NCBI GenBank assembly: GCA_017626145.1
Contig: JAGAJK010000060.1
Span: forward strand, 135,910-199,909
Direction of reading: 5' to 3'
Source of the DNA: Clostridia bacterium
Lineage (GTDB): Bacteria > Bacillota > Clostridia > RGIG6154
DNA length: 64,000 nucleotides
In this document: piece after piece, positions 29,421 through 39,433 of the stretch
Position numbering within the stretch: position 1 is the stretch's first letter
Layout: each line of letters begins with the position of its first letter
Made by a program: the position numbers and the translations under genes
Notes under the pieces: generated by a model
Databases searched by the model: none
What the model was told of the DNA's origin: nothing
Seen by the model: the letters and a program-made list of their open reading frames with translations, nothing else

Positions 29421-30266
29421 TTATTTTTGTAAAAAATCTGAAAGTTTAGCAAAATCTTGTAAACTAAGCACCTCTCCTCTTACTCGTTCATCATATCCGC
29501 AAGTAATAAGAGCTTCAATAATAGTTGCTTTATCAATTTTCAGGTATGAATTTACAGCATTAACAAAAGTTTTTCTACGTTGTCCAAAAGCTGCTTTAAT
29601 AATTGAAAACATAAAAGAAACATCATTCACTTTGACAGCCGGAAGATGACGTATATCCATTTTAACAACAGCTGATTCAACTTTTGGAGCAGGCACAAAA
29701 GCACCTGCAGGAACGTTAAACATAATTTTCGAATCAGTATAGTAATCGATAGCAAGCGTTATTGCTCCATAATCCTTTGAACCGGCTTTTGCAACTAATC
29801 TCTCTGCAACTTCCTTTTGAATCATAACAACAATACATTCAGCATTAATTTTTTCTTCAAGCAATTTCATAATAATTGGTGTCGTTATGTAATAAGGTAA
29901 ATTTGCAACAACTTTAATATGTTCTTCATCAGCTATCAAAGAATTTACATCAGTTTTCATAATATCAGCACAAATAATTTCAACATTACCAAATGGAGCG
30001 GTGATATTTTTTAAAACAGGAACAATATTGTTGTCAATTTCTATTGCAATAACTTTTTTTGCCTTTTCTGCAAGTCGTGTCGTCATCACTCCCAACCCGG
30101 GACCAATTTCAATCACAACATCTTCTTTAGTTATATCTCCGGATTCAACTATCGCATTAAGATAATGTTCATCGAATAAAAAGTTCTGTCCTAACCCCTT
30201 GTGAAACACAAGGTTATTTTCTGACATAATTTTCTTTATATCAGCTATGGAGCTTATATGGTTCAT
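29421..30266 (-). CDS. rsmA: 16S rRNA (adenine1518/1519-N6)-dimethyltransferase
   Basis: SAM motif VIEIGPGLGVMT. KsgA fold, length 281 aa. Confidence 0.88.
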   Translation of the reverse strand: MNHISSIADIKKIMSENNLVFHKGLGQNFLFDEHYLNAIVESGDITKEDVVIEIGPGLGVMTTRLAEKAKKVIAIEIDNNIVPVLKNITAPFGNVEIICADIMKTDVNSLIADEEHIKVVANLPYYITTPIIMKLLEEKINAECIVVMIQKEVAERLVAKAGSKDYGAITLAIDYYTDSKIMFNVPAGAFVPAPKVESAVVKMDIRHLPAVKVNDVSFMFSIIKAAFGQRRKTFVNAVNSYLKIDKATIIEALITCGYDERVRGEVLSLQDFAKLSDFLQK

Positions 30267-30274
30267 CAGTTCAC

Positions 30275-30874
30275 CTACATTTCCACACGGTTTTCCAAAG
30301 ATTTAACCAATGTAATTTCGTCAGTATATTCAATATCTCCACCAACTGGGACGCCTTTAGCTATTCTGGTAACTTTAACTCCCATTGGATTTATAAGTCT
30401 TGCAAGATAAGTTGCTGTAGCTTCTCCTTCGATATTGGGATTAGTAGCAATTATCACTTCTTTAACAGTATTGTCTGAAAGACGCAAAATAAGCTCACGT
30501 ATTTTTAAATCATCAGGCTTTATTCCATCCATCGGAGAAATTACCCCGTGTAATATGTGATATAATCCTCTGTATTCCCTGGTCTTTTCCAAAGCTACAA
30601 CGTCAGTTGGAGATTCTACTACACATATAATGCTCTTATCCCGTGAATTGTCAGCGCATATGCTACACGGATCAGAATCCGTAAGGTTGCAACAAACCTT
30701 GCAGTATCCTATTTTTTCCTTAGCTTCATTTATTACATTAACAAGATTTTCAGCTTTAGATTTTGATAAACCCAAAACATAAAATGCTAATCTTTGAGCG
30801 GATTTGTAGCCAATTCCGGGCATTTTTCTGAATTCTTCAATTAATTTTTCAACTGTAACGGCATATAAACTCAC
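30275..30874 (-). CDS. recR: Recombination protein RecR
   Basis: HhH N-terminus, C4 zinc finger CKVCCN...CSIC and Toprim domain. Confidence 0.9.
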   Translation of the reverse strand: MSLYAVTVEKLIEEFRKMPGIGYKSAQRLAFYVLGLSKSKAENLVNVINEAKEKIGYCKVCCNLTDSDPCSICADNSRDKSIICVVESPTDVVALEKTREYRGLYHILHGVISPMDGIKPDDLKIRELILRLSDNTVKEVIIATNPNIEGEATATYLARLINPMGVKVTRIAKGVPVGGDIEYTDEITLVKSLENRVEM

Positions 30875-30875
30875 A

Positions 30876-33122
30876 TCAATTCTCCTTATGAGATCTATAA
30901 TAATTTATAAGACAGCCGGAAAGAATAATATCCCTTTCATCATCGGTCATATCAGCAATCTTAAGTGTAATCTCCTTATTGCTACCAACAACCACAGCAT
31001 TGAATTCATTCTTCTTTTCAGCAATCGTTTTTCTTACATCTTTTACATAAATGAACTGACCTTCCTCAAAAGTATCATTATCTGACAAAAATGGAAGCAT
31101 ACCCCAGTTAATTAAATTGCTTCTGTAACGTTTTGTAGCATATTCGCGAGCTATATTTGCCCAACCACCTAAAACCTTCTGACAAGACGCTGCTTGTTCT
31201 CTGGCTGAACCATCACCCGGCTTAACAGCAAAAACAACACTTCCAATACCTGTATTTTCTTTAGTTGCACCATATTTTGAAATCTGTTCATATACTGCTT
31301 TCAATTCATTAACTGCTTCTGCAGGATTTTCTCCTTTAATACGTGCTTTTTCTGCTTTTTGGATGTCTTTAGCTTCCTGCACATAGTAAGGAGCCTTTCT
31401 CGATAAAGCAAATTCCGAAAGTTTTAATGGGTTTGAGCGATATGATGAAGTTTCCCCTGATGGAATAAGTTCATCAGTAGTAGTAACCGGATCATTAATC
31501 ACACAAACAACCTTTAATAAAAGATTTTCAGTAAGTGGGCTCATTTCCGGCCAATCAGCAATATTAGGTCCGAATTTAAGGGATTCCTCAGTTTTGGCAT
31601 CTCCAAAACCATTATAAACTCTGTTTTTATAAACAGTATCATTAAACTTAGCTTTAGGAGCTTTGTACTCGATGTCAAGATCTGTTGCAGGAGTAAGAAT
31701 CCCTTTATTTGCTGCTGTAGCAGCAATAGAACGAGCGTCCATAAGAGCAACTGATGCAATCTGACCATTACCCGGCTTTGAACCTTCTCTATTGGGGAAA
31801 TTACGTGTTGAATGGCGAATCGAAAGTCCATTATTCGCAGGGACATCTCCTGCACCGAAACAAGGTCCACAAAAAGCTGTTTTAACAGTAACCCCTGTTT
31901 GCATAAGTTCAGAAATAACACCGTCTTCGGCGAGATTGATATATACCGGCTGACTTGCAGGATAAACACTCATCGCAAATTCACCATTACCAATCGACTC
32001 GCCTCTGAGAATATCTGCAGCAGCACAAAGGTTATCATATGTACCGCCGGCACAACCTGCAATAATACCTTGTTCAACATGTAATTTACCGGCTATAATT
32101 TTATCTGTAAGATTGAAATTAAGCTTGCTCATATCCAATTGCTGAGCTGCATTTTTTTCAACCATCCTTAAAATATCACCTGGATTTTCAGCAACATCTT
32201 TCACTTTGAAAACATTACTTGGATGGAAAGGCATAGCTATCATTGGAACAATTTCAGAAAGGTTTATTTTAACCGCTCTGTCATAATATGCAACATCTCC
32301 TGGTTTTAATTCACCGTAAGCATCAGCTCTTCCGTGATCAGCAAAATATTCTTTAGTTTTATCATCAGTAACCCATATCGACGAAAGACAGGTTGTTTCT
32401 GTTGTCATAACATCGATACCGTTACGAAATTCAATAGGGAGATTTTTAACACCTGGACCAACGAATTCCATAACTGAATTCTTCACAAATCCATTGTCAA
32501 ACACTTCACCAATTATAGCTAAAGCTACGTCCTGAGGTCCAACTCCCGGTACAGGTTCTCCTTCAAGATAAATCGCAACAACATCAGGCATATCTATGTC
32601 GTATGTTTTTTCAAGGAGTTGTTTTACAAGTTCCGGTCCGCCTTCACCTATAGCCATAGTGCCGAGAGCACCATATCTTGTATGACTGTCAGAACCTAAG
32701 ATCATTTTTCCGCATCCTGACATCATTTCACGCATATACTGATGTATTACGGCCTGATGTGCAGGAACATATACACCACCATACTTTACAGCAGCAGAAA
32801 GGCCAAACATATGGTCATCTTCATTAATTGTTCCACCAACGGCGCATAAACTATTATGGCAATTTGTCAGCACATAAGGAACAGGAAATTTTTCAAGCCC
32901 ACTTGCTCTTGCAGTCTGGATGATTCCGACATAAGTGATATCATGAGACGCCATTGCATCAAATTTAATTTTTAATTTATTCATATTCCCGGAAGTATTA
33001 TGAGCTTTTAAAATGGAATATGCAATTGTGTTTTTTCTGGCTTCTTCAACAGCTACAGTAGATTGCAGATTTAATTCTGTGCCGCTTACAAGAAAACATC
33101 CTTCGTTGATTAATTCTATCAT
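30876..33122 (-). CDS. acn: Aconitate hydratase (aconitase family, about 750-aa mitochondrial-type fused form)
   Basis: Fe-S ligand region CGPCFGAG. C-terminal swivel domain [10 protein letters not shown]...[10 protein letters not shown]. Single polypeptide of 748 aa. Confidence 0.75.
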   Translation of the reverse strand: MIELINEGCFLVSGTELNLQSTVAVEEARKNTIAYSILKAHNTSGNMNKLKIKFDAMASHDITYVGIIQTARASGLEKFPVPYVLTNCHNSLCAVGGTINEDDHMFGLSAAVKYGGVYVPAHQAVIHQYMREMMSGCGKMILGSDSHTRYGALGTMAIGEGGPELVKQLLEKTYDIDMPDVVAIYLEGEPVPGVGPQDVALAIIGEVFDNGFVKNSVMEFVGPGVKNLPIEFRNGIDVMTTETTCLSSIWVTDDKTKEYFADHGRADAYGELKPGDVAYYDRAVKINLSEIVPMIAMPFHPSNVFKVKDVAENPGDILRMVEKNAAQQLDMSKLNFNLTDKIIAGKLHVEQGIIAGCAGGTYDNLCAAADILRGESIGNGEFAMSVYPASQPVYINLAEDGVISELMQTGVTVKTAFCGPCFGAGDVPANNGLSIRHSTRNFPNREGSKPGNGQIASVALMDARSIAATAANKGILTPATDLDIEYKAPKAKFNDTVYKNRVYNGFGDAKTEESLKFGPNIADWPEMSPLTENLLLKVVCVINDPVTTTDELIPSGETSSYRSNPLKLSEFALSRKAPYYVQEAKDIQKAEKARIKGENPAEAVNELKAVYEQISKYGATKENTGIGSVVFAVKPGDGSAREQAASCQKVLGGWANIAREYATKRYRSNLINWGMLPFLSDNDTFEEGQFIYVKDVRKTIAEKKNEFNAVVVGSNKEITLKIADMTDDERDIILSGCLINYYRSHKEN

Positions 33123-33136
33123 GTATATACCTCTTT

Positions 33137-33988
33137 CTAAAAAATAGTTTCAAATAAGTGTTTAATTTCATTTTTTACATCCGTAAGAACACGTGAAGAT
33201 GAAAAATGATAAAAATCTACCGGAACACCGAAAAGAACAGTAACTGAGTTTTTAATATAAGTAGCAGTTGTATCAAGTTCGGTATTTACATAAGATTCAG
33301 ATATTGTGTCCGGTATAAATTCTTCCGGGACTTCAGAAGATACAAAAGCTCTGGCGGCTTTTATATTAAGTATTTTTTTTGCATCAGATTCAATCTCTTC
33401 AAAAGCTATAATATAATCAGGTTCAATATTATTAGAAGCAACGATAGCACCTTTATGACCAAACAAACTCTGAACTTCAAAAACGATGTATAAATCCAAA
33501 TCACCACTATAGTTGTTGGCAAGATTTATCATCTCGTTTAAAACGCAAACTCTGCCAATTCTACTCCCTTTAATATAAAACTCATCTTCAAAATAATCAC
33601 TTACTATAATTCCTGACGTTGAAATCTGAATCTCAGCATCATTAATTAGTTTGATATATTGGTCTTTAGTTGGATTTTCCATATTATCTGAACACACATA
33701 TCCTTCGTTACCACCTAAATTAACTAAGGTACCGGGAAATAGTTTTTTGTTACCAATATGATTAAAATTAACTTTTCTGCAATCTTGATTAAGTGCGATA
33801 ACACAGTCCTCATCAATTCCACAGATAAGCATTACTTTTTTGCCTTCACCCTTTATATGAACAATAAGGTTACCTATGGAATCTTCGTATGTTTCGGCAT
33901 CTATTAATTTTTTCAGAAATTTTATCATAACTTCCTCACCACCTGTAGGTGAAGGGATGCTACTTAACATATCAATCATTAAAATCAA
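33137..33988 (-). CDS. M42-family peptidase paralog, truncated (283 aa) with degenerate metal ligands (likely non-catalytic)
   Basis: Similar to the two upstream M42 genes, but HxD is replaced by CGIDE, the EE pair is absent, and the C-terminal His motif is altered. Confidence 0.5.
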   Translation of the reverse strand: MILMIDMLSSIPSPTGGEEVMIKFLKKLIDAETYEDSIGNLIVHIKGEGKKVMLICGIDEDCVIALNQDCRKVNFNHIGNKKLFPGTLVNLGGNEGYVCSDNMENPTKDQYIKLINDAEIQISTSGIIVSDYFEDEFYIKGSRIGRVCVLNEMINLANNYSGDLDLYIVFEVQSLFGHKGAIVASNNIEPDYIIAFEEIESDAKKILNIKAARAFVSSEVPEEFIPDTISESYVNTELDTTATYIKNSVTVLFGVPVDFYHFSSSRVLTDVKNEIKHLFETIF

Positions 33989-34994
33989 CTCCTTTGCTTA
34001 ATAATCGATCAAAAGCCTTGATACATACATCAATATCATCAGGAGAAACAACACTCACAGGAGAATGAATGTATCTTGACGGAATTGAAACCGAAGCAGT
34101 TCTTATTCCATTTAAGTGTATCGAACCTGCATCATTGCCACCACTACCGGATTTTTTATATTGAAACTTAGTGCAACTGTTCGCAAATAAACCGTTTAAC
34201 ATCTTATCTGCGTAAGTAACTTTATCAGATATGCTAATTGCAGGGCCATATCCAATTTGGGTTACGGACTTTTCTGCAGTAACTTCAGGTAGATCCAAAC
34301 ATACTGTTGCTTCAATAACATAACATAAATCAGCACTCAGATTATAAGCAGCTACCGAAGCACCTCTGAGTCCTGTTTCTTCCTGTACAGTAAAACAATA
34401 AGTTACATCATCATAATATTGTTTTTTCAATAATTCGCATAAGATAAAGCACCCTATTCTGTCATCAAAAGCCTTACCTTTCAGTAAATTTCCAAATTTT
34501 CCACACGTAGTATCGAAACTAACGTAATCACCTAAATTCACAAGAGACATTGCTTCTTCAGCTGATTCAGCACCGATATCAATATACATATCTTCGACAC
34601 ACGGTTTTTTATCACGCTCATCTTTGTCGGTTAAATGTACGGCTTTGATTCCAATAACACCTTTAACCTTTTTTCTTCCAATAAATACTCTTCTTGCAAG
34701 AAGCACTGAAGTATCAATGCCACCAACGACACGAAACTTTAAATATCCATTTGGGGTAAAAGATGAGATGATTAATCCCACTTCATCCATATGTGCACAA
34801 AGCATCACATTTTTTTTATTATCTCCATATCCTTTACGAAAAACATAAATGTTTCTTATTGCATCAGTCTTTATTTCGGAAGAATAATCACGTGCATAAT
34901 TTATTATAAAAGAACGCACAGCATCTTCATTACCTGATACAGCAAATAAATCACTCAAAACATTAATTAAATTATCCAATTGCATCACCTGCAT
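33972..34994 (-). CDS. M42-family glutamyl aminopeptidase / TET-type peptidase (FrvX/CelM-like)
   Basis: Metal-ligand motifs AHMDEVG, FDDRIG, QEETGLRGA and YIHSP are all present. Confidence 0.8.
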   Translation of the reverse strand: MQVMQLDNLINVLSDLFAVSGNEDAVRSFIINYARDYSSEIKTDAIRNIYVFRKGYGDNKKNVMLCAHMDEVGLIISSFTPNGYLKFRVVGGIDTSVLLARRVFIGRKKVKGVIGIKAVHLTDKDERDKKPCVEDMYIDIGAESAEEAMSLVNLGDYVSFDTTCGKFGNLLKGKAFDDRIGCFILCELLKKQYYDDVTYCFTVQEETGLRGASVAAYNLSADLCYVIEATVCLDLPEVTAEKSVTQIGYGPAISISDKVTYADKMLNGLFANSCTKFQYKKSGSGGNDAGSIHLNGIRTASVSIPSRYIHSPVSVVSPDDIDVCIKAFDRLLSKGVDFND

Positions 34995-36021
34995 AAATCA
35001 AATTGTTAGTTTTAATTTTATTCAAATGAATATTGTCAAGAAATTCAGTCAAGTGCATTTGCATATTATCATAATCATTTATACTTATACATTCAACAGG
35101 AGTATGCATATACTTTAATGGTAGAGATAGTAACAGACAAGGTGTACCCTGTCTTAATGTCTGATACGCCCAGGCGTTAGTTCCTGAATTACCTTCAAGT
35201 ATTTCAATTTGATGTGGAATATTTTTATTTAGTGCATTTTCGATAAGAATATCATAATAATACTTATCTATATTCGGGCCATAACCAATAGCTACACCTT
35301 TAGAACACTCAAAAGCAATATCTCTTTTCTCATCAGGAGTTTTGGCATGTGTAACATCAATAACAATCATAAGATCAGATTTAAGTTTGGAAAAATATGC
35401 TCCCTTTAAGCCAATCTCTTCACGAACAGAAAATAATCCGACAAGATTATAAGGTAGTTTTCTATCTTTGTAATGTTTAAAAATATTGATTATAGTAGCA
35501 ACGCCTGCTCTGTCATCAAGAGACGTTCCTGAAATATACTTATCATTTAATACATCAAAATGAGTCCTGAAAGAAATTAAATCTCCTATACTTATCAACT
35601 TATCAACATCAGAACCCAAACCTGTATCGATAAACATATCTTTTATATTTAAATCAGTGTCTTTTTTGTCGGTAATATGAGGTGGTTTGGATGTGATTAT
35701 TCCACAGATGTTTTTTTTGCCGTGGATAACTACTTCCTGTGAAGAAAGTATCCTTACATCAATTCCACCAATAGTTCTAAAACCAATAAAGCCATTATCA
35801 TAAATTTTATTAACTATAAATCCAACAGAATCAATATGTGCATCAAGTGTTATAGTTTTATCAGATGTACCAAATTTAGTACATACTATATTTCCAAGTT
35901 TATCCACGTATATGTCATCACATAAATTTTTCATAACATTTGTAATTATAGTGGTTACTTCCTTTTCGCATCCGGATACACCATAAGTGCAACATAATTT
36001 TTCAAGTAATTCTATATTCAT
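34972..36021 (-). CDS. M42-family aminopeptidase (FrvX/CelM-like)
   Basis: Motifs AHIDSVG, LDDRAG, REEIGLKGA and YMHTP are present. Confidence 0.8.
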   Translation of the reverse strand: MNIELLEKLCCTYGVSGCEKEVTTIITNVMKNLCDDIYVDKLGNIVCTKFGTSDKTITLDAHIDSVGFIVNKIYDNGFIGFRTIGGIDVRILSSQEVVIHGKKNICGIITSKPPHITDKKDTDLNIKDMFIDTGLGSDVDKLISIGDLISFRTHFDVLNDKYISGTSLDDRAGVATIINIFKHYKDRKLPYNLVGLFSVREEIGLKGAYFSKLKSDLMIVIDVTHAKTPDEKRDIAFECSKGVAIGYGPNIDKYYYDILIENALNKNIPHQIEILEGNSGTNAWAYQTLRQGTPCLLLSLPLKYMHTPVECISINDYDNMQMHLTEFLDNIHLNKIKTNNLIYAGDAIG

Positions 36022-36024
36022 AAT

Positions 36025-37389
36025 CTACTCCATAAGACCATTAACGAGATCCTTAAAAACATTACCTCTTTGTTCAAAATTATCAAACATATCAAAACTT
36101 GCACTTGCAGGACTTAAAATTATTATATCGCCAGGTTTTGCTCCATTTTTAGCACAATACAAAGCTTCGTCAAAAGCGGAACACTTAATTATTTCGAGAT
36201 CATCAGAATTATAATTTTTACACTTTTTAGTAGATGCTTCGATTTTATCTGATGTTTTACCTACCAACACAAGTTTTTTTACCTTTTCACAAATTACCGG
36301 ACCCAAAATATCGTAATCTAAATTTTTGTCATATCCACCGGCAATTAATATTACCTTATTTTTGAAAGATTTCAATCCTGCTATAGATCTGGTAGGACTT
36401 GAAGCGATAGAATCATTATAATATTTAACGCCTGATAATTCACGAATAAACTCAATCCTATGAGGAATCTTTGCAAATGTTGTTGCAACTTTTCGTATGG
36501 TATCAATCTCCACATAGTCTATAACTGCTCCAATAGCTGCCATATAGTTTTCCACATTGTGAACACCAGGAAGTAATATTTCCACTGTATCCACAATTTT
36601 GGAATCACCATAATAAATACAACCATCATCAAGATGCAAATCTGTATCACCGCGAAGTCTTGAAAAATTGCGAACTTTACCTCTTGCTTCAGAATAAAGT
36701 TCACGTGTTATTTCGTTGTCCGCATTTGTAACAAAAAAATCACTTTCATTTTGAAATCTGAAGATGTTTTTTTTTGAATCTAAATATTCATCCATATCTT
36801 TATGCCAATCAAGGTGATTTGGTGATAAATTAGTAATTACTGATATATGAGGGGATTTTTTAATGGTTTTCAATTGAAAGCTTGAAAGTTCAAGAATAAC
36901 TTTATCTTCTTTAGAAATATTAGCTATTTCAGGTAATAAAGGTTTTCCAATGTTTCCACCAAGGTGACATTTATATCCTTGTTCGTTCAGTATTTCGTAA
37001 ATCAACGTCGTCGTAGTTGTTTTACCATCACTACCCGTTACTGCAAAAATTTCACATGGGCATAATTCAAAAAAAACCTCCATTTCAGAAGTAACGATAC
37101 TACCTTTTGCCTTAGCTTCAATAAATTGAGGAATATCGTCACGAATACCGGGACTTTTAAATATTATATCATGGTTAAAATGTTCGAGGTAATCGTCACC
37201 GAATACCGTTTCAACACCCATAGAATTCAATTCAGCAATTAAATCTTTCTTTTCAGCATTCTTATCAAAAGCACTGACCTTGATTCCATAAGATAAAAGC
37301 ATTTGTATAAGAGGTTTATTGCTCACTCCAATTCCAACAACAGCAATTGTTTTGTTTTTAATAGACTCAAAATAATCTATATAATTCAT
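36025..37389 (-). CDS. murD: UDP-N-acetylmuramoyl-L-alanine--D-glutamate ligase
   Basis: P-loop GSDGKTTTTTLI. Mur ligase three-domain length (454 aa). Confidence 0.9.
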   Translation of the reverse strand: MNYIDYFESIKNKTIAVVGIGVSNKPLIQMLLSYGIKVSAFDKNAEKKDLIAELNSMGVETVFGDDYLEHFNHDIIFKSPGIRDDIPQFIEAKAKGSIVTSEMEVFFELCPCEIFAVTGSDGKTTTTTLIYEILNEQGYKCHLGGNIGKPLLPEIANISKEDKVILELSSFQLKTIKKSPHISVITNLSPNHLDWHKDMDEYLDSKKNIFRFQNESDFFVTNADNEITRELYSEARGKVRNFSRLRGDTDLHLDDGCIYYGDSKIVDTVEILLPGVHNVENYMAAIGAVIDYVEIDTIRKVATTFAKIPHRIEFIRELSGVKYYNDSIASSPTRSIAGLKSFKNKVILIAGGYDKNLDYDILGPVICEKVKKLVLVGKTSDKIEASTKKCKNYNSDDLEIIKCSAFDEALYCAKNGAKPGDIIILSPASASFDMFDNFEQRGNVFKDLVNGLME

Positions 37390-37529
37390 ACTTTATCTCC
37401 ATTCATAATGATATAATATACTAACCCATTATAGTATATTATATCATAATTAATTAATTAAATCAACATATTACGTATTTACTTTTATAATATTTTGATG
37501 TATAATTTTTGTCAGAGAGGTATTATATT

Positions 37530-38054
37530 ATGAAAGCTATCAAACATTTTATCACTATTACCAGACATCGTCACGCAGTAATTAAACATGGTTTTAAAAC
37601 AGGTATTTTTTGGCAATCACTTTTCCATGATTTGTCAAAATATTCTCCTGCTGAATTTATATGTGGTGCCAAATATTATTTAGGAACCAAAAGTCCTAAT
37701 GAAGCAGAAAGAGAAAAATACGGTTTTTCAAAAGCATGGTTACATCACAAAGGAAGAAATAAGCATCATTTTGAATACTGGCTTGATTATAATCCCACTA
37801 CTAAGAAAAACGAGCCTGTAAAAATGCCGATTAAATATGTAAAAGAAATGTTCTGTGATCGAGTAGCAGCTAGTAAAATTTACCAGGGAAAGAATTATAA
37901 ACAAACTCACCCTATTGAATATTTTGAACGCGGACGTTCTAACAGAGTTATCAATAAAGAAACTTCTGATTTAATTGAATTTTGGCTAAAACTTCTTTCG
38001 GATAAAGGCGAAACTGAAACATTTAAAATTATTAAAAACACAAAAAAATATTAA
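37530..38054 (+). CDS. Conserved hypothetical protein, His-rich (DUF5662-like; sometimes mis-annotated as catalase)
   Basis: Motifs HDLSKYSP and HHKGRNKHHFEYW. Start set at ATG 37530, which follows a GAGAGG RBS. Confidence 0.4.
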   Translation: MKAIKHFITITRHRHAVIKHGFKTGIFWQSLFHDLSKYSPAEFICGAKYYLGTKSPNEAEREKYGFSKAWLHHKGRNKHHFEYWLDYNPTTKKNEPVKMPIKYVKEMFCDRVAASKIYQGKNYKQTHPIEYFERGRSNRVINKETSDLIEFWLKLLSDKGETETFKIIKNTKKY

Positions 38055-38081
38055 TACGGTGAAAGCGTTGCTACCACCGTA

Positions 38082-38573
38082 TTATTTATGATAATTTTCA
38101 TTATTATTAATTTTAAAGGCACGATAAACTTGTTCAACTAACATAAGTTTTGCGATATTATGAGGAAAAGTCATTTCCGACATAGATAATTTAAAATGAC
38201 TTAACTTTTTAATTTCTTCACTTAAACCATGAGAACTACCTATAATGCAAACTACCTCAGATGACTGATTGTGAATTCTTTCAATAATATTTGCAAATTC
38301 TTCTGATGAAACATTTTTACCTTCTATACATAAAGAAATAACATAAGCTTTTGGGGACAGGTATTTTAATATTTCCTTACCTTCTTTAGTGATAACTGAT
38401 AAAATATCATTTTGTGACGGATTATCAGGTACAGCTATATCATTAATTTCTACAATTTCAATTTTAGCGTATCTTCTAAGCCGTTTAATGTATTCATCAA
38501 TAAGTATACTTAGTGATTTTTCTTTGATTTTGCCTACTGATATAATTTTTAACTTAATCATTTGGTATTTCAC
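38082..38573 (-). CDS. rlmH: 23S rRNA (pseudouridine1915-N3)-methyltransferase RlmH
   Basis: SPOUT fold. N-terminus KLKIISVGK and C-terminus SLSxMTFPH. About 160 aa. Confidence 0.85.
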   Translation of the reverse strand: MKYQMIKLKIISVGKIKEKSLSILIDEYIKRLRRYAKIEIVEINDIAVPDNPSQNDILSVITKEGKEILKYLSPKAYVISLCIEGKNVSSEEFANIIERIHNQSSEVVCIIGSSHGLSEEIKKLSHFKLSMSEMTFPHNIAKLMLVEQVYRAFKINNNENYHK

Positions 38574-39330
38574 CTACACCTGTTAATACATATTTAGGTC
38601 TATATGGGTAATTTTCAATATCGCTTCGGCGCGTAACTCCACTTAACACAAGAACAGTGTCGATAGCTGATTCAATACCGGAAATAATATCAGTATCCAT
38701 TCTATCTCCCACCAATGCAGTTTCGTGACTATGGCAACCCAAAACTTTTAATGCATGGCGCATTGTAAGTGGGTTAGGTTTGCCTATGAAATAAGCTTTT
38801 TTACCTGTTGCAATTTCTATTGGTGCTACTAAAGCACCGGTTGCAGGCATAATTCCTTTTTCAGTAGGTCCTGTTATATCAGGATTCGCTCCAATTAATT
38901 TTGCACCTTTATTCACAAGTTCAATGGCTTTTTCTATCTTTTCAAAATTGTATGTTCTTGTTTCACCAACAACGACATATTCAGGATTTACATCATTAGT
39001 GCATATACCTTTATCGTACAGTGCATTCAACAAACCGGCTTCACCTATTACATACGCACTGCATCCCGGTGACTGACTGCTCAAAAATGATGCTGTTGAC
39101 TGAGCACTAGTATAAAAATGTTCCTCAGATACTTCAAGCCCCATTCTGTGTAATTTCATCGAAAGTTCATGAGGTGTTCTTTCAGGGCTGTTGGTTAAAA
39201 ATAAAAACTTTTTATCATTATTCTGTAGCCACGTAACAAATTCCACAACACCATCAAGTATGTTATTACCGTGATAAATAACACCATCCATATCACAAAT
39301 AAAACCTTTTTTGTTTCTTAATACATCCAT
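38554..39330 (-). CDS. HAD-IIA family sugar-phosphatase-like hydrolase (NagD/AraL-like)
   Basis: Motif I DMDGVIY, motif II LTNS, motif III/IV GK..../GDRMDTDI. Confidence 0.8.
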   Translation of the reverse strand: MDVLRNKKGFICDMDGVIYHGNNILDGVVEFVTWLQNNDKKFLFLTNSPERTPHELSMKLHRMGLEVSEEHFYTSAQSTASFLSSQSPGCSAYVIGEAGLLNALYDKGICTNDVNPEYVVVGETRTYNFEKIEKAIELVNKGAKLIGANPDITGPTEKGIMPATGALVAPIEIATGKKAYFIGKPNPLTMRHALKVLGCHSHETALVGDRMDTDIISGIESAIDTVLVLSGVTRRSDIENYPYRPKYVLTGVGEIPND

Positions 39331-39395
39331 GTAAGTTATGCTCCTTTCGTAGTAACATAAATCTTAACACAAGAAAATATATTTGTCAATGTTAT

Positions 39396-39428
39396 AAAAA
39401 GAGTCCGAACTAAGTCGGACTCTAAATA
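39396..39428 (-). terminator. Terminator of the SLH surface-protein gene
   Basis: AGAGTCCGA-ACTAAG-TCGGACTCT: perfect hairpin. Confidence 0.7.
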
Positions 39429-39433
39429 TTAAA

